64,000 bases of DNA from Geopsychrobacteraceae bacterium (GCA_963662315.1 OY759353.1:4416001-4480000), one strand, 5' to 3'. Positions 1 through 10,832 are shown, counted from the stretch's first letter. The notes: generated from the sequence alone by a model not told the origin. A program made the numbers and translations.

Positions 1-1642
1 GCAGGCGATGACCGATAATAACCACGGTCAGATCCCCGTGCAGATTTTCAATGGCGGTGCGAATACGGGCCTCATTCTCCAGATCCAGCGCGCTGGTTGC
101 TTCATCCAGAATCAGTAAGCTTGGGCGTCTTAACAGAGCTCTTGCTAGCGCCAGCCTCTGACGCTCTCCACCGGATAGGAGAACCCCACCATCTCCAACC
201 AGCGTATCCAGCCCCTCAGGCAGGTCATAAATAAAACTGGCCGCAGCTCGGTCCAATGCTTCTTGCAGTTGTTCGTCTCTAATACCATTTGCACCCCAGA
301 GCAGATTATTGCGCACGCTATCATGATTCAGGTAGACATCCTGAGGAACATAGGCGACACAATGGCGCCAGGCAATACGGTCAGAGCCCTCGATGATGGT
401 ACCATCAATACGCAGGCTCCCTGAATCCGGAATCAGTAGACCGGATAAAACATCAGCCAGAGTGCTCTTGCCTGCACCCGATTCGCCCATGATGGCCGTT
501 GTCGTCTTTGCGGGAAAGGTGAGAGTGATGTTTCTAAGCGCAGCTTGGTCCCGTCCTTGATAATGAATCGTCAGATTGTCCACCTGTAGCGCTGTTTTGA
601 TTATGGTGAGGTGTTCCGATAAAGTATGTGGTGGTTCTACATTCTGCTGGCAGTCCAGCAGCAGGTTTTCTATCTCAAAGAGGGCAGGCATGGCATGGAG
701 CCAGTGATGGTAATGTTGATGACCGGTCATAAAAAGAGGAATCAGACGAGAAAACAGCATGACAAGGACTACCAACTCGGCCAGTGGTATTCCCAGGGAT
801 GTGATGCCAACATAAAGAAACAGAGCCAGCAGGAGTGCTCCAAGGGATTGAAAGAGGGCCTTGGACAGACTGGTGCTGGCCACAAAACGCAGTTGCTGCT
901 GTCGTAGTTGGCCAATGGTATTGCTGAAATTTTCAAGGTGTCTGGTTTCTGTACCAAAGATCTTGGTCAGCCTGATCCCTGCCAGAGCTTCATACAGGTT
1001 CTGATGCAGATTACGGTTTGCCTGTCCCAGATTTTGCCCCAAGGACAAGGCTGTTCGACGCTGTTTTGACAGAATAAAAAAGACCAGACCGCCACTTGCC
1101 AAGGCTAGCATTGTGATCGGCCAGGACAAGACGAAGGCGGTAGCCAAGTAAGTTGCGCCACTGATGATGCTGACTGTCAGCCCCAAACCAAAATTCAAAC
1201 CGACCCCGGCTCGGCCCACATCAGTTAATAGTAGGTTGGCATGGTCCGATTTTTTTCCAGCCACAATCCAGCGCCACTCAACATGTAACAGTGCAGAGAA
1301 ACAGCGCAACCGCAGAGAATCGACCACTTGGTGCTGAAAAATTGATGAGAGTCTCTCACGCAGGTACTGAATGGCGCTGCGAAAGCCAATCAGAATAAGA
1401 AAGCAGATGAGTAACCCCTCAAGCGATATCGGCAAACCCAGTCCTTGGATGAGATTGACCAGGCGTTCGACCAGAGGGTTGGTGTCCGCTTCGCGCCCTC
1501 CTAGGACGCCGATCATGGGGACCAGCAGCAAAAGGCCAATCCCTTCAGTGAAACTTGACAGGGCCATCAGAATAAACAGGCCCATAGGCCAATGTCGGGG
1601 CGCAGTCCCGAGCAAGCGGAAAAATAATTGAACAGATTTCAT
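1..1642 (-). CDS. ABC transporter, fused permease/ATPase (probable lasso peptide exporter); 3' end runs off the window
   Basis: Manual minus-strand translation from ATG 1642: MKSVQLFFRLLG...FTEGIGLLLLVP (hydrophobic N-terminus), Walker A GESGAGKST (~460-490), LSGGERQRLALARAL signature, Walker B LLILDEATSALD. Not in the ORF track because it has no stop inside the window. Confidence 0.88.
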   Translation of the reverse strand, partial: MKSVQLFFRLLGTAPRHWPMGLFILMALSSFTEGIGLLLLVPMIGVLGGREADTNPLVERLVNLIQGLGLPISLEGLLICFLILIGFRSAIQYLRERLSSIFQHQVVDSLRLRCFSALLHVEWRWIVAGKKSDHANLLLTDVGRAGVGLNFGLGLTVSIISGATYLATAFVLSWPITMLALASGGLVFFILSKQRRTALSLGQNLGQANRNLHQNLYEALAGIRLTKIFGTETRHLENFSNTIGQLRQQQLRFVASTSLSKALFQSLGALLLALFLYVGITSLGIPLAELVVLVMLFSRLIPLFMTGHQHYHHWLHAMPALFEIENLLLDCQQNVEPPHTLSEHLTIIKTALQVDNLTIHYQGRDQAALRNITLTFPAKTTTAIMGESGAGKSTLADVLSGLLIPDSGSLRIDGTIIEGSDRIAWRHCVAYVPQDVYLNHDSVRNNLLWGANGIRDEQLQEALDRAAASFIYDLPEGLDTLVGDGGVLLSGGERQRLALARALLRRPSLLILDEATSALDLENEARIRTAIENLHGDLTVVIIGHRL

Positions 1643-1853
1643 GACTGTCTGATGGTTGCCCTTTTTCAGTTTTGGGTCACTGCGTAGCGGAAAGCATTTT
1701 GGAGTGTGAACAACGGCGTGCTATATTAGCAATCTTACAGATCAGACACAACTTTTTGATTGTGCTTTGTGCTGATAATTAAAACGCTTTTGCCAAGAAA
1801 CAACGGCGCTATTCTGTCATGGGTGGCGGTTGCAAACATCGAGACAACGGATC

Positions 1854-2747
1854 ATGGATCACCTTCAACAACTTGAAGCCGAGAGTATCCACATCATGCG
1901 CGAGGTGGTCGCCGAGTTTGCCAACCCGGTGATGCTCTATTCTATCGGTAAAGATTCGTCGGTTATGCTGCATCTGGCACGCAAGGCCTTTTATCCAGGC
2001 AAGCTGCCGTTTCCGCTGCTGCATGTCGATACCACTTGGAAGTTTCGTGAAATGATCACCTTCCGCGAGCGCATGGTCGCTGAGCATGGTTTTGAGCTGC
2101 TGGTCTACACCAATCAGCAGGGTGTGGATCAAAAGATCAGTCCCTTTGTCCATGGCAGCGCTCTGTACACGGACATTATGAAAACCGAAGGGCTGAAGCA
2201 GGCGCTGGACCAATACAAGTTCGATGCCGCTTTTGGTGGTGCGCGGCGCGACGAAGAGAAATCCCGCGCCAAAGAGCGCATCTTCTCGTTTCGAACCAGC
2301 AATCACAGCTGGGACCCGAAAAATCAGCGCCCGGAGCTGTGGAATTTGTACAATGCCAAGGTCAATCCGGGAGAAAGCATCCGCGTCTTTCCACTGTCCA
2401 ACTGGACCGAGCTGGACATCTGGCAGTATATTCATCAGGAAAATATCCCTATCGTGCCGCTCTACTATGCCAAGGAACGCCCCGTGGTTAACCGCGACGG
2501 TATGCTGATTATGGCCAATGACGAACGGCTGGAGCTACGTTCCAGCGAGCAGGTTGAAATGAAATCGGTGCGTTTCCGTACCCTTGGCTGCTATCCACTG
2601 ACCGGGGCCGTGGAGTCAAAGGCGACCACTCTGCCCGACATTATTCAGGAGATGCTGCTGACCAAAACCAGCGAGCGGCAAGGGCGGCTGATTGATCACG
2701 ATCAGGCCGGATCGATGGAGAAGAAAAAGCAAGAGGGATATTTCTGA
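1854..2747 (+). CDS. cysD: Sulfate adenylyltransferase subunit 2
   Basis: [56 protein letters not shown]; likely start ATG 1854. Confidence 0.97.
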   Translation: MDHLQQLEAESIHIMREVVAEFANPVMLYSIGKDSSVMLHLARKAFYPGKLPFPLLHVDTTWKFREMITFRERMVAEHGFELLVYTNQQGVDQKISPFVHGSALYTDIMKTEGLKQALDQYKFDAAFGGARRDEEKSRAKERIFSFRTSNHSWDPKNQRPELWNLYNAKVNPGESIRVFPLSNWTELDIWQYIHQENIPIVPLYYAKERPVVNRDGMLIMANDERLELRSSEQVEMKSVRFRTLGCYPLTGAVESKATTLPDIIQEMLLTKTSERQGRLIDHDQAGSMEKKKQEGYF

Positions 2748-4645
2748 TGGCCCATCAATCTGTGTTGATTGCTGATAACATCAACGACTACCTCAAAGCT
2801 CAGGAGCAGAAAGACTTGTTGCGTTTTATCACCTGCGGTAGCGTTGACGATGGCAAAAGCACTCTGATCGGGCGACTGCTGTGGGATTCAAAGTTGATCT
2901 TTGAGGACCAACTGACGGCGCTTGAAGCGGACAGCAAGCGCGTTGGTACGCAAGGGGGGGGCATCGATTATGCCCTGCTACTCGACGGGCTGCAGGCCGA
3001 GCGCGAGCAGGGCATTACCATCGATGTGGCCTACCGTTTTTTCTCCACCGACAAGCGCAAATTCATTGTTGCCGATACGCCCGGCCATGAACAGTACACC
3101 CGTAACATGGTCACCGGCGCCTCGACGGCCGACGTTGCGGTCATCCTCATCGACGCCCGCAAGGGGGTTCTGACTCAGACCAAACGTCACAGCTATCTGG
3201 TCTCACTGGTCGGCATCAAAAATGTCATTGTCGCCGTCAACAAGATGGACCTGGTCAATTACCGTCGGCAGCTCTTTGCGGAGATCTGCGACGACTATCG
3301 GGCCATCGTCACTGATTTGGGCTTTGAAGATATCCACTTTATTCCCCTGTCTGCTTTGCAGGGGGATCATGTGACGAGCTGTAAGCTTACAGCTAAGCCC
3401 AACATGCCCTGGTATTTCGGTCCAGCGCTGCTCGAATGTCTTGAACACATTGCTGTCACGGACTCGGCCAAAAGGCGGAGTTTTCGTTTTCCCATCCAGT
3501 GGGTGAATCGCCCCAATCAGGATTTTCGCGGTTTCAGCGGAACTATCGCTTCAGGAACCATCCGGCCAGGGGATCCCGTCGTTGTTGCCGCTTCAGGGAA
3601 AATCAGTCGGGTTGCACGTATTGTCACCATGGACGGCGATCTGGCTGAAGCGGTGGCAGGGCAGGCGATAACCCTCTGCCTGGAAGATGAAATCGATATC
3701 AGCCGTGGAGACATGCTCTGCTGCCCTGAGCAGCGGCCGTATTATGCCGATCAGTTTCAGGCGCGACTGGTATGGCTGCATGAAGAGACACTACTGCCCG
3801 GCCGCAGTTATCTGCTGAAAGCCGGGGGCGCGACAATTCCCGCTCAGGTCAGCGAACTGAAACGCAAGATCAACGTCAATACTCTAAAGCTGGAGCCGGG
3901 GAAAACCCTGGAGTTGAACGAAGTCGGGGTCTGTAACCTCAGCCTTGGCAAGTACCTTTCTTTTGATCCCTATAGCGAAAACCGGCATACCGGCAACTTC
4001 ATCCTAATTGATCGCTTCAGCAATGCTACCGTCGGGGCCGGAATGATCGATTATCCTTTGCGCCGGGCGGATAATATTCATTGGCAGTCTATCAGCCTGA
4101 ACAAGCAGAGCCGCTGCGCCCTGAAAGGCCAGCAGGCAAAGGTGCTCTGGTTTACTGGTTTGTCCGGGGCCGGCAAATCGACCATCGCCAATCTGGTGGA
4201 GCAAAAACTGCACGCCATGGGCAAGCACACCTATCTGTTGGACGGCGACAATATTCGTCACGGTCTCAACCGTGATCTGGGTTTCACCGATGTCGATCGG
4301 GTTGAAAACATCCGCCGCATCGCCGAAGTGGCCAAGCTTTTTGTTGATGCCGGAATCATCGTTTTGACGGCCTTCATCTCCCCATTCAAAAGTGAACGTG
4401 CCCTGGCCCGCGAGTTGTTGGACGAGGGGGAGTTCATCGAAATCTTTGTCGACACCCCGCTGGAAATCTGTGAACAGCGCGATCCCAAAGGTCTTTATAA
4501 AAAGGCGCGTAGTGGCGAATTGGTCAACTTTACCGGCATTGATTCTGAGTATGAAGTTCCGGATAATCCAGAGTTGATTATTGATGGCAGCAGATATTCG
4601 GCTGAAGAGTTGGCCGAGCAGATTGTTGCGGCGATGCGGAGTTGA
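2747..4645 (+). CDS. cysNC: Bifunctional sulfate adenylyltransferase subunit 1 / adenylylsulfate kinase
   Basis: GTPase motifs [20 protein letters not shown]-terminal APS kinase [23 protein letters not shown]. Confidence 0.96.
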   Translation: MAHQSVLIADNINDYLKAQEQKDLLRFITCGSVDDGKSTLIGRLLWDSKLIFEDQLTALEADSKRVGTQGGGIDYALLLDGLQAEREQGITIDVAYRFFSTDKRKFIVADTPGHEQYTRNMVTGASTADVAVILIDARKGVLTQTKRHSYLVSLVGIKNVIVAVNKMDLVNYRRQLFAEICDDYRAIVTDLGFEDIHFIPLSALQGDHVTSCKLTAKPNMPWYFGPALLECLEHIAVTDSAKRRSFRFPIQWVNRPNQDFRGFSGTIASGTIRPGDPVVVAASGKISRVARIVTMDGDLAEAVAGQAITLCLEDEIDISRGDMLCCPEQRPYYADQFQARLVWLHEETLLPGRSYLLKAGGATIPAQVSELKRKINVNTLKLEPGKTLELNEVGVCNLSLGKYLSFDPYSENRHTGNFILIDRFSNATVGAGMIDYPLRRADNIHWQSISLNKQSRCALKGQQAKVLWFTGLSGAGKSTIANLVEQKLHAMGKHTYLLDGDNIRHGLNRDLGFTDVDRVENIRRIAEVAKLFVDAGIIVLTAFISPFKSERALARELLDEGEFIEIFVDTPLEICEQRDPKGLYKKARSGELVNFTGIDSEYEVPDNPELIIDGSRYSAEELAEQIVAAMRS

Positions 4646-4698
4646 GTCTAATGATAGAATGGCGGCTGGGAGTGTCATCAGATGCGGCAAGACGATAA

Positions 4699-5325
4699 TT
4701 TATTGATCATCAGCTTCTGCTGGATCAGCTCAAGATCGCAAACACAGAACCGGAACTTCAGGCTCTTGTAGAAGGATATTTGACACTTCCCGATGGCCAC
4801 GGCAGCGGCAAAAGGATGGTCGCAGGGGGAGCGATTTCACCGCTATTGGTTGCTCTTTACCTGACGCCGCTGGATAGGGCAATGGAAGCCGAAGAAACCA
4901 GTCGCGGTCTTTGCTATCAACGTTTTATGGATGATTTTGTGATCTTCGCGCCAACCCGCCATAAGCTGCGCGGCGCACTCAAAAAGATGTATCAGGTTCT
5001 GGACAGGCTGAAGCTCAGCGTGCATCTGGACAAACGCTATATTGGCCCCACACACAGAGGATTTGATTTTCTGGGGTATCGCTTGCACCCTGGCCGTAAG
5101 TTGCGACCCGCCCGGCAAAGCCTGAACCGTTTGTTGCAACGTGCCCGCCGGCTTCATGAGCAAGGAGCCGACAACGATCGGCTCCGGCAGTACGCTCAGC
5201 GATGGTACATTTGGCTCCATGGGGGCTTGCGCGGTCGGGTAAGCACTCATGGGCGGTTTACCCGGATTTGGACGACAGTATTACACCATCTCTCATATTC
5301 AAACGAATCAATCAGCAAGCCTTAA
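4699..5325 (+). pseudogene. 5'-truncated group II-like reverse transcriptase (C-terminal half), copy A
   Basis: Open frame after TAA 4696-4698 reads IDHQLLLDQL...GGAISPLL...RFMDDFVI...GFDFLGY. N-terminal RT motifs and a good start are missing. Confidence 0.8.
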
Positions 5326-5405
5326 CGGCCAAGGGCTGTGGGCTTGGAAGGATGTGATAGTTTGATTTTTGTCAGAAACAGTGGGGCGCGTTTGTTCTCA
5401 GTAGG

Positions 5406-5558
5406 TTAGGACCCCGGACCAATGTTAGGCGTCGCCTCACTTGTTGAATACAAAAACTTACCGTAGGTCGATGGTCCAACTAGAATTAAGGTAAGCTCTG
5501 GTACACTGTACGGCAGCTTTTCATCTTCTCTACGCTCTATAAATTTATTGCGTGTCAT
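5406..5558 (-). CDS. Lasso peptide precursor A (50 aa): MTRNKFIERREDEKLPYSVPELTLILVGPSTY|GKFLYSTSEATPNIGPGS
   Basis: Manual translation; GAGG RBS; YxxPxL leader motif, Thr at -2, Gly1/Glu9, C-terminal Ser; lies within a lasso cluster. Confidence 0.88.
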   Translation of the reverse strand: MTRNKFIERREDEKLPYSVPELTLILVGPSTYGKFLYSTSEATPNIGPGS

Positions 5559-5880
5559 GTCTTTTTCCTCGCATCAGTTATATATTTGAAAAAGAGTTGA
5601 ACATGCACCATCACCTAGAGACAGCGCGGCTGGCTGAAACTTGGCCAAGTATATAAAATAAAAAAGTCTAAATCAACTATTCATCCGACTTCTGATTTTT
5701 GGTCTGAAAATTGTTGATTATGGGGCATTCCCGCAATCCCTGTCTTTTGAGACAATGCAAACCCTCTTGGCTTCGACCAAATCTTACACCGACTGTCAGA
5801 TCGAGTTTGAGTTGCTCAAACTGATGGGAGGGCTGCTGGCAACAGGGCATTAGCCTCTTCCGTTGCAGACAATACAGTCG

Positions 5881-6387
5881 TCACCCCTTCAACCACCCGT
5901 TCAACCACTGCATAGCCCATATCCTTGCTCGGTTTCCACGCCACTCGCTTGGGCACGACGCCATCAATGGCACGACGATGCAGGTAACGCCCCATCCCTT
6001 TGGGTCCTACTTTTTCGATACTGGGAGTGGACAGGTACTGCTGGACCAATCTGACGTCCCAGAGAGGCCAACAGTAATCGACACCGTAAGCCGCTGCCAT
6101 CACGGTGCAGTTTTCCAGACGGGCTGTCAGCTGCATTTTCTTCAGGTGATGCTGCAGAATAAAATCGTTGATTCGGCGATAGGGGGCGTCATAGATAGCC
6201 GTTTCCATATAGCGTTCATACAGATCAAGTCGTTGAACAGTCTCGGGGCGGAGCAACTGATGTGGCCAGCGTTGATTCCAGGCCTGTAGGAAGGCTGGTC
6301 GGTGGCTGGGATTCTTGCGCGCCACCACGGACGTTTTCAGTAAACGAAGCATTCTGCGAAACGGATCGCCCGGCAAAATATCCCACA
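5881..6387 (-). pseudogene. Duplicated 3' fragment of the lasso cyclase gene with an internal deletion
   Basis: Near-identical to 9048-9751 but lacks the 197 bp between two CATAGCCC copies (9078-9085, 9275-9282). Confidence 0.9.
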
Positions 6388-6926
6388 AGGATATTTGACA
6401 CTTCCCGATGGCCATGACAGCGGCAAAGGGATGGTCGCAGGGGGAGCGATTTCACCGCTGTTGGGTGCTCTTTACCTGACGCCGCTGGATAGGGCAATGG
6501 AAGCCGAAGAGACCAGCCGCGGTCTTTGCTATCAACGTTTTATGGATGATTTTGTGATCTTCGCGCCAACCCGCCATAAGCTGCGCGGCGCACTCAAAAA
6601 GATGTATCAGGTTCTGGACAGAGCATCCGGACAAACGCTATATTGGCCCCACACACAAAGGATTTGATTTTCTGGGGTATCGCTTGCACCCTGGCCGTAA
6701 ATTGAGACCCGCTCGGCAAAGCCTGGACCGTTTGCTGCAACGTGCCAGCCGACTTCATGAGCAAGGAGCCGACCTTGATCGGCTCCGGCAGTACGTTCAG
6801 CGATGGTACCTTTGTCTCCATGGGGGCTTGCGCGGTCGGGTAAGCACTCATAGGCGGTTTACCCGGATTTGGATTGCTGTATTACACCATCTCTCATATT
6901 CAAACGAATCAATCAGCAAGCCTTGA
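6387..6926 (+). pseudogene. Group II-like RT fragment, copy B, frameshifted
   Basis: Near-identical to 4772-5325; split into ORFs 6395-6667 and 6684-6926 by a short deletion near 6620. Confidence 0.82.
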
Positions 6927-7006
6927 CGGCCAATGGCTGTGGGCTTGGAAGGATGTGATTGTTTGATTTTTGTCAGAAACAGTGGGGCGCGTTCGTTCTC
7001 AGTAGG

Positions 7007-7153
7007 TTAGGATGGTCCATATAAATTAGATGTCGTCTCTACCGGTCCAAAATCCTTTCCTGATGCCGTTTTCATTAAATCGACCTCCAACAATGGTGGG
7101 ATATAAGGCTGCTTTTCATCATCTTTGTTTATGCTTGTAGTCTTCAAAATCAT
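7007..7153 (-). CDS. Lasso peptide precursor B (48 aa): MILKTTSINKDDEKQPYIPPLLEVDLMKTA|SGKDFGPVETTSNLYGPS
   Basis: Manual translation; GAGG RBS; YxxPxL (YIPPLL); Thr at -2 gives Ser1/Glu9 (alternative Gly1/Glu8); C-terminal GPS. Confidence 0.88.
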   Translation of the reverse strand: MILKTTSINKDDEKQPYIPPLLEVDLMKTASGKDFGPVETTSNLYGPS

Positions 7154-7330
7154 AGTATTTTCCTCTTCTCATAGCTTTAATTAAGGAATAATGCAAGATC
7201 GTGCGGCAACAATGAGAGGCAGCACAGCCGGCTGAAACTTTGCAAATTATATAAAATAAAAATGTCTAAATCAACTATTCGTCCTACTTCTGATTTTTGG
7301 TCTGAAAATTGTTGATTATGGGGCATTCCC

Positions 7331-8887
7331 GAATGGCGCTAGTTTAAGCAAATTACCATGAAGGAAATAGCTGAAAATATTGGCCTAAAATGACATAATG
7401 ATGCATGAAAAATACAACGCCAATGTTCCCAGGATTCCACCTTCAGACACTTCGCCGAAAGCCACAATCAGCACAGCAAAAACTTGCCAAAGAGATGGCC
7501 CTGCTGAAACAAAAATCGTTCAAACAAATCGGCGAGTTTTTTGAAAATTTCATCCCCTGTTCGCTTCTCAAGCCTGAGCAGGTTGGGAAAATGAGCCGCA
7601 GAAGACTCTTTTCCAAAGAGAACACCTTCTGGGCTTTTTTTAGCCAGATCCTGGACGCCGATGGTGGTTGCAAGGAAGTCATCCGCAAGCTTCAGGCCTA
7701 CGCCTCTCTCAAGGGCGTCCTCATTCCGTCGTCTTCAACAGCATCTTATTGCACAGCTCGCAAGAATCTGGATGAAGTGATGCTTTCCGACATTCTCGAG
7801 CATACCGCTACGCAACTTGAAAAAATGCCAGAAAGCGGCTTATTGAATAACCGGCGCGTCATTGTTGTCGATGGGACAGGAATCAGTATGCCCGACACGT
7901 TAATGAATCAAAGAGCTTGGCCTCAGTCGTCCATGTTGAAGGCCGGATGCAGCTTTCCGGTTGCCCATATTTGCGCCTGTTTTTCTTTGCAGACAGGGGG
8001 ATTGCTGAGCTTCGAACTAGGTAACAAAAAAAACAGTGAATTGACCATGTTTCGCAAGCAGTGGCAAACTTTCAACGAAGGCGATATCTTCTTGGGAGAC
8101 AAGGGATTCTGCAACTACTTCGATCTTTCAGAGTTGAAAAAGCGCAAGGTTGATAGTGTTGTCACCCTTGCCCGTAGAGCCCCCGTTACCGCCGGGGCAT
8201 GTCAAAAGAAACTCGGTTCTCATGATCTGCAGATCAACTGGGAACGTCCTAAATATACCAAGAAATTTGCTTATACAAGAGAACAATGGGAAGCTCTTCC
8301 CAAAGAACTGACCTTACGGCAGATAAGGGTTGAAATTGAGTGCCCCGGGTTCAGAAAACAGAGCTTTTACATCGTGACAACATTGCTCGATGCCACACAA
8401 TATTCAGCAGAAGACATTGCAGAGCTTTATTTTAAACGTTGGAATGTGGAGCTGTCCTTTCGTGACCTAAAAACAACCATGGGCATGGATGTGTTGCGTT
8501 GCCAGTCACCGGAGATGATTCGCAAAGAAATATTGATGCACTTCATCGCCTATAATTGCATTCGGCGGTTGATGTACGAGGCGGCAGAAGAAGCGGATAT
8601 TGATCCCCGGATTGTCAGTTTCAAGGGGAGCTTACAAGCACTGCGAAACTGGAAATCACACATGAATCAAGCGCAGCTCAGTCCGGCAGAACAATTCCGG
8701 CTGATCAGCGATCTATATGACGCTATAACTGATGTTCCCATTTATCAGAGACCAGGCAGAAGTGAGCCTCGCTGTGTGAAACGAAGACCCAAAAACTACC
8801 AAAGAATGACAGCACCAAGACATGAAATGAAGGAGATTCAACATAGGAGCAGATATCATGCTAAGAGTGCTTAAACTAGCGCCATTC
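7331..8887 (+). mobile_element. IS4-family insertion sequence (1557 bp)
   Basis: Perfect 20-bp TIRs GAATGGCGCTAGTTTAAGCA (7331) and TGCTTAAACTAGCGCCATTC (8868-8887); 11-bp target duplication GGGGCATTCCC (7320-7330, 8888-8898); empty site present at 5722-5732. Confidence 0.95.
7405..8874 (+). CDS. IS4-family DDE transposase
   Basis: VDGT, GDKGF and the YREK motif YFKRWNVELSFRDLK; lies inside the TIRs. Confidence 0.93.
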   Translation: MKNTTPMFPGFHLQTLRRKPQSAQQKLAKEMALLKQKSFKQIGEFFENFIPCSLLKPEQVGKMSRRRLFSKENTFWAFFSQILDADGGCKEVIRKLQAYASLKGVLIPSSSTASYCTARKNLDEVMLSDILEHTATQLEKMPESGLLNNRRVIVVDGTGISMPDTLMNQRAWPQSSMLKAGCSFPVAHICACFSLQTGGLLSFELGNKKNSELTMFRKQWQTFNEGDIFLGDKGFCNYFDLSELKKRKVDSVVTLARRAPVTAGACQKKLGSHDLQINWERPKYTKKFAYTREQWEALPKELTLRQIRVEIECPGFRKQSFYIVTTLLDATQYSAEDIAELYFKRWNVELSFRDLKTTMGMDVLRCQSPEMIRKEILMHFIAYNCIRRLMYEAAEEADIDPRIVSFKGSLQALRNWKSHMNQAQLSPAEQFRLISDLYDAITDVPIYQRPGRSEPRCVKRRPKNYQRMTAPRHEMKEIQHRSRYHAKSA

Positions 8888-9047
8888 GGGGCATTCCCAC
8901 AATCCCTGTCTTTTGAGATAATGCCAAACCCTCTTGACTTCGACCAAATCTTACACCGACTGTCAGATCGAGGTTGAGTTACTCCAACTGATAGGAGGGT
9001 TGCTGGCAACAGAGCATGAGCCCCCTCCGCTGCAGGCAAAACAGTCG

Positions 9048-10736
9048 TCACCCCTTCAACCACCCGTCCAACCACTGCATAGCCCGGATACCACGGCGGA
9101 AGAAAAAAGCAAATTCCTGACTCACGTGGCCCTGTTCTGCCCTGGCTATTTGCGTGCGCAACTTCTCCAGATCGATCAATTCAGCCAACGCAGGTTCTAA
9201 ATTTGCTTCCAATTCTCTGGCGTCCTTGGCTATTTGGATAACACCACTTTCCTGCATCTTCTGATGCAGTTGCCCATAGCCCATATCCTTGCTCGGTTTC
9301 CACGCCACTCGCTTGGGCACGACGCCATCAATGGCACGACGATGCAGGTAACGCCCCATCCCTTTGGGTCCTACTTTTTCGATACTGGGAGTGGACAGGT
9401 ACTGCTGGACCAATCTGACGTCCCAGAGAGGCCAACGGTAATCGACACCGTAAGCCGCTGCCATCACGGTGCAGTTTTCCAGACGGGCTGTCAGCTGCAT
9501 TTTCTTCAGGTGATGCTGCAGAATAAAATCGTTGATTCGGCGATAGGGGGCGTCATAGATAGCCGTTTCCATATAGCGTTCATACAGATCAAGTCGTTGA
9601 ACAACCTCGAGGCGGAGCAATTGGTGCGGCCAGCGTTGGTTCCAGGCCTGTAGAAAAGCAGGTCGGTGGCTGGGGTTCTTGCGCGCTACCACGGACGTTT
9701 TCAGTAAACGTAGCGTTCTGCGCAGCGGATCGCCCGGCAAAATATCCCACAGGGCCGGGTAGTGTCTGCCGTCCAGCAGTTCATAACGTAGATGATGGCC
9801 GGGATTAGTCACCACTTCATCACCACCAAATCCAGAGAATAAAGTATGAATCCCGCGCTGCTGACATTCCCGATAAAAGGGGGTGTGGGCACCGGCATTG
9901 CCATGCTCTTCGGGATATCCAAGCAGAGCCAGTCCGTCAGCTACGGGATCATTGCCATCTTCCAGGCCATAGCGATCTGAAATGATATAGTTGTGACGTA
10001 TTCTTCGTGCCTGACTGGTCTCCAGAATAAAGGCAGGTTCCTGTTCGCACAGAGCAAAACCGAAGCTGTAAAGACGGTCCCCTGGGACTCCAAGGAAATG
10101 CGCCAGGTAGGCGCTGATGGTCGCGGAATCAATCCCCCCACTGTTTTCCGTCCCCATGGGGGCATCGCTATCTATGCGGCAGCGGATCGACTCTTCCAGA
10201 ACCTCCCTATACGCATCGACCCATTTCTCATCACGTTTTATGGCATGAGGGGCATCGTCCTGCCACTGGTGATAGTGCTGGATCACCATATTGCCGGCAT
10301 GATCGCAGGTCAGCCAGTGCCCGGGGGGAACTTTTTTTATCTCCTTGTAGGCGGTTTCTGTCTGACTGAAGGACATATGCAGCATATAGCTTGCGGCCCA
10401 GTCCATATCTTTGGTCAGCGGCTTCGGACAACGACGCTGTAATTCCGGGATGGTAAAAGCGTAGGACAATTCCCCTTGCTCCACCCGATAGTAAAGGGGC
10501 TTAATCCCCAGTGGGTGCCGCACCAGATAGGTCAGGCCTGCTGATTTGTCAGTGAGCGCCAGTGCGTAATCACCAACAAGCTGCTCCGCAAGACCCGTGC
10601 CCCAGCGCTGCCAACCTGTCTTTAGCAAGGCGATGAGATCCTCCTCTTGACGACTCTCAAGGTTGAGTTTGGAGAGTAGCTCGGGGATATTGTGTAGTTG
10701 ACCTGAGAATTCTATAGCATATGTATTTGTTGACAA
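9048..10736 (-). CDS. Lasso peptide cyclase (asparagine synthetase-like, C protein)
   Basis: SGGIDS PP-loop, SGFGGDE, GIKPLYY; same operon as B1 and B2. Confidence 0.88.
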   Translation of the reverse strand: MSTNTYAIEFSGQLHNIPELLSKLNLESRQEEDLIALLKTGWQRWGTGLAEQLVGDYALALTDKSAGLTYLVRHPLGIKPLYYRVEQGELSYAFTIPELQRRCPKPLTKDMDWAASYMLHMSFSQTETAYKEIKKVPPGHWLTCDHAGNMVIQHYHQWQDDAPHAIKRDEKWVDAYREVLEESIRCRIDSDAPMGTENSGGIDSATISAYLAHFLGVPGDRLYSFGFALCEQEPAFILETSQARRIRHNYIISDRYGLEDGNDPVADGLALLGYPEEHGNAGAHTPFYRECQQRGIHTLFSGFGGDEVVTNPGHHLRYELLDGRHYPALWDILPGDPLRRTLRLLKTSVVARKNPSHRPAFLQAWNQRWPHQLLRLEVVQRLDLYERYMETAIYDAPYRRINDFILQHHLKKMQLTARLENCTVMAAAYGVDYRWPLWDVRLVQQYLSTPSIEKVGPKGMGRYLHRRAIDGVVPKRVAWKPSKDMGYGQLHQKMQESGVIQIAKDARELEANLEPALAELIDLEKLRTQIARAEQGHVSQEFAFFFRRGIRAMQWLDGWLKG

Positions 10737-10832
10737 GTTAATACCTCTGCTTTCGCACCAGCACTAATCAGTGCAACTATTTGATTTTGAATGAATCTTT
10801 TACAATATAGTGGCCGGAACTGGGTGGTATGG

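Larger units (their letters stand above)
4772..9751. repeat. Tandem duplication: copy A 4772-6386; copy B 6387-9751 including the IS. Unit = RT fragment + precursor gene + cyclase 3' part
   Basis: Both copies begin AAGGATATTTGACACTTCCCGATGGCCA (4772, 6387). About 5620-6387 aligns with ~7215-7330 plus 8899-9751, apart from a 197-bp deletion in copy A. Confidence 0.9.

Noticed and set aside
5326..5405. Group II intron RNA domains V/VI after the RT
   Set aside because: I could not recognise a domain V/VI consensus downstream of either RT copy, so no intron is called.
4699..7153. Classical diversity-generating retroelement acting on the precursors
   Set aside because: Differences between the precursors are not adenine-specific and include indels. 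No TR/VR pair or avd-like gene is visible, and both RTs are truncated.
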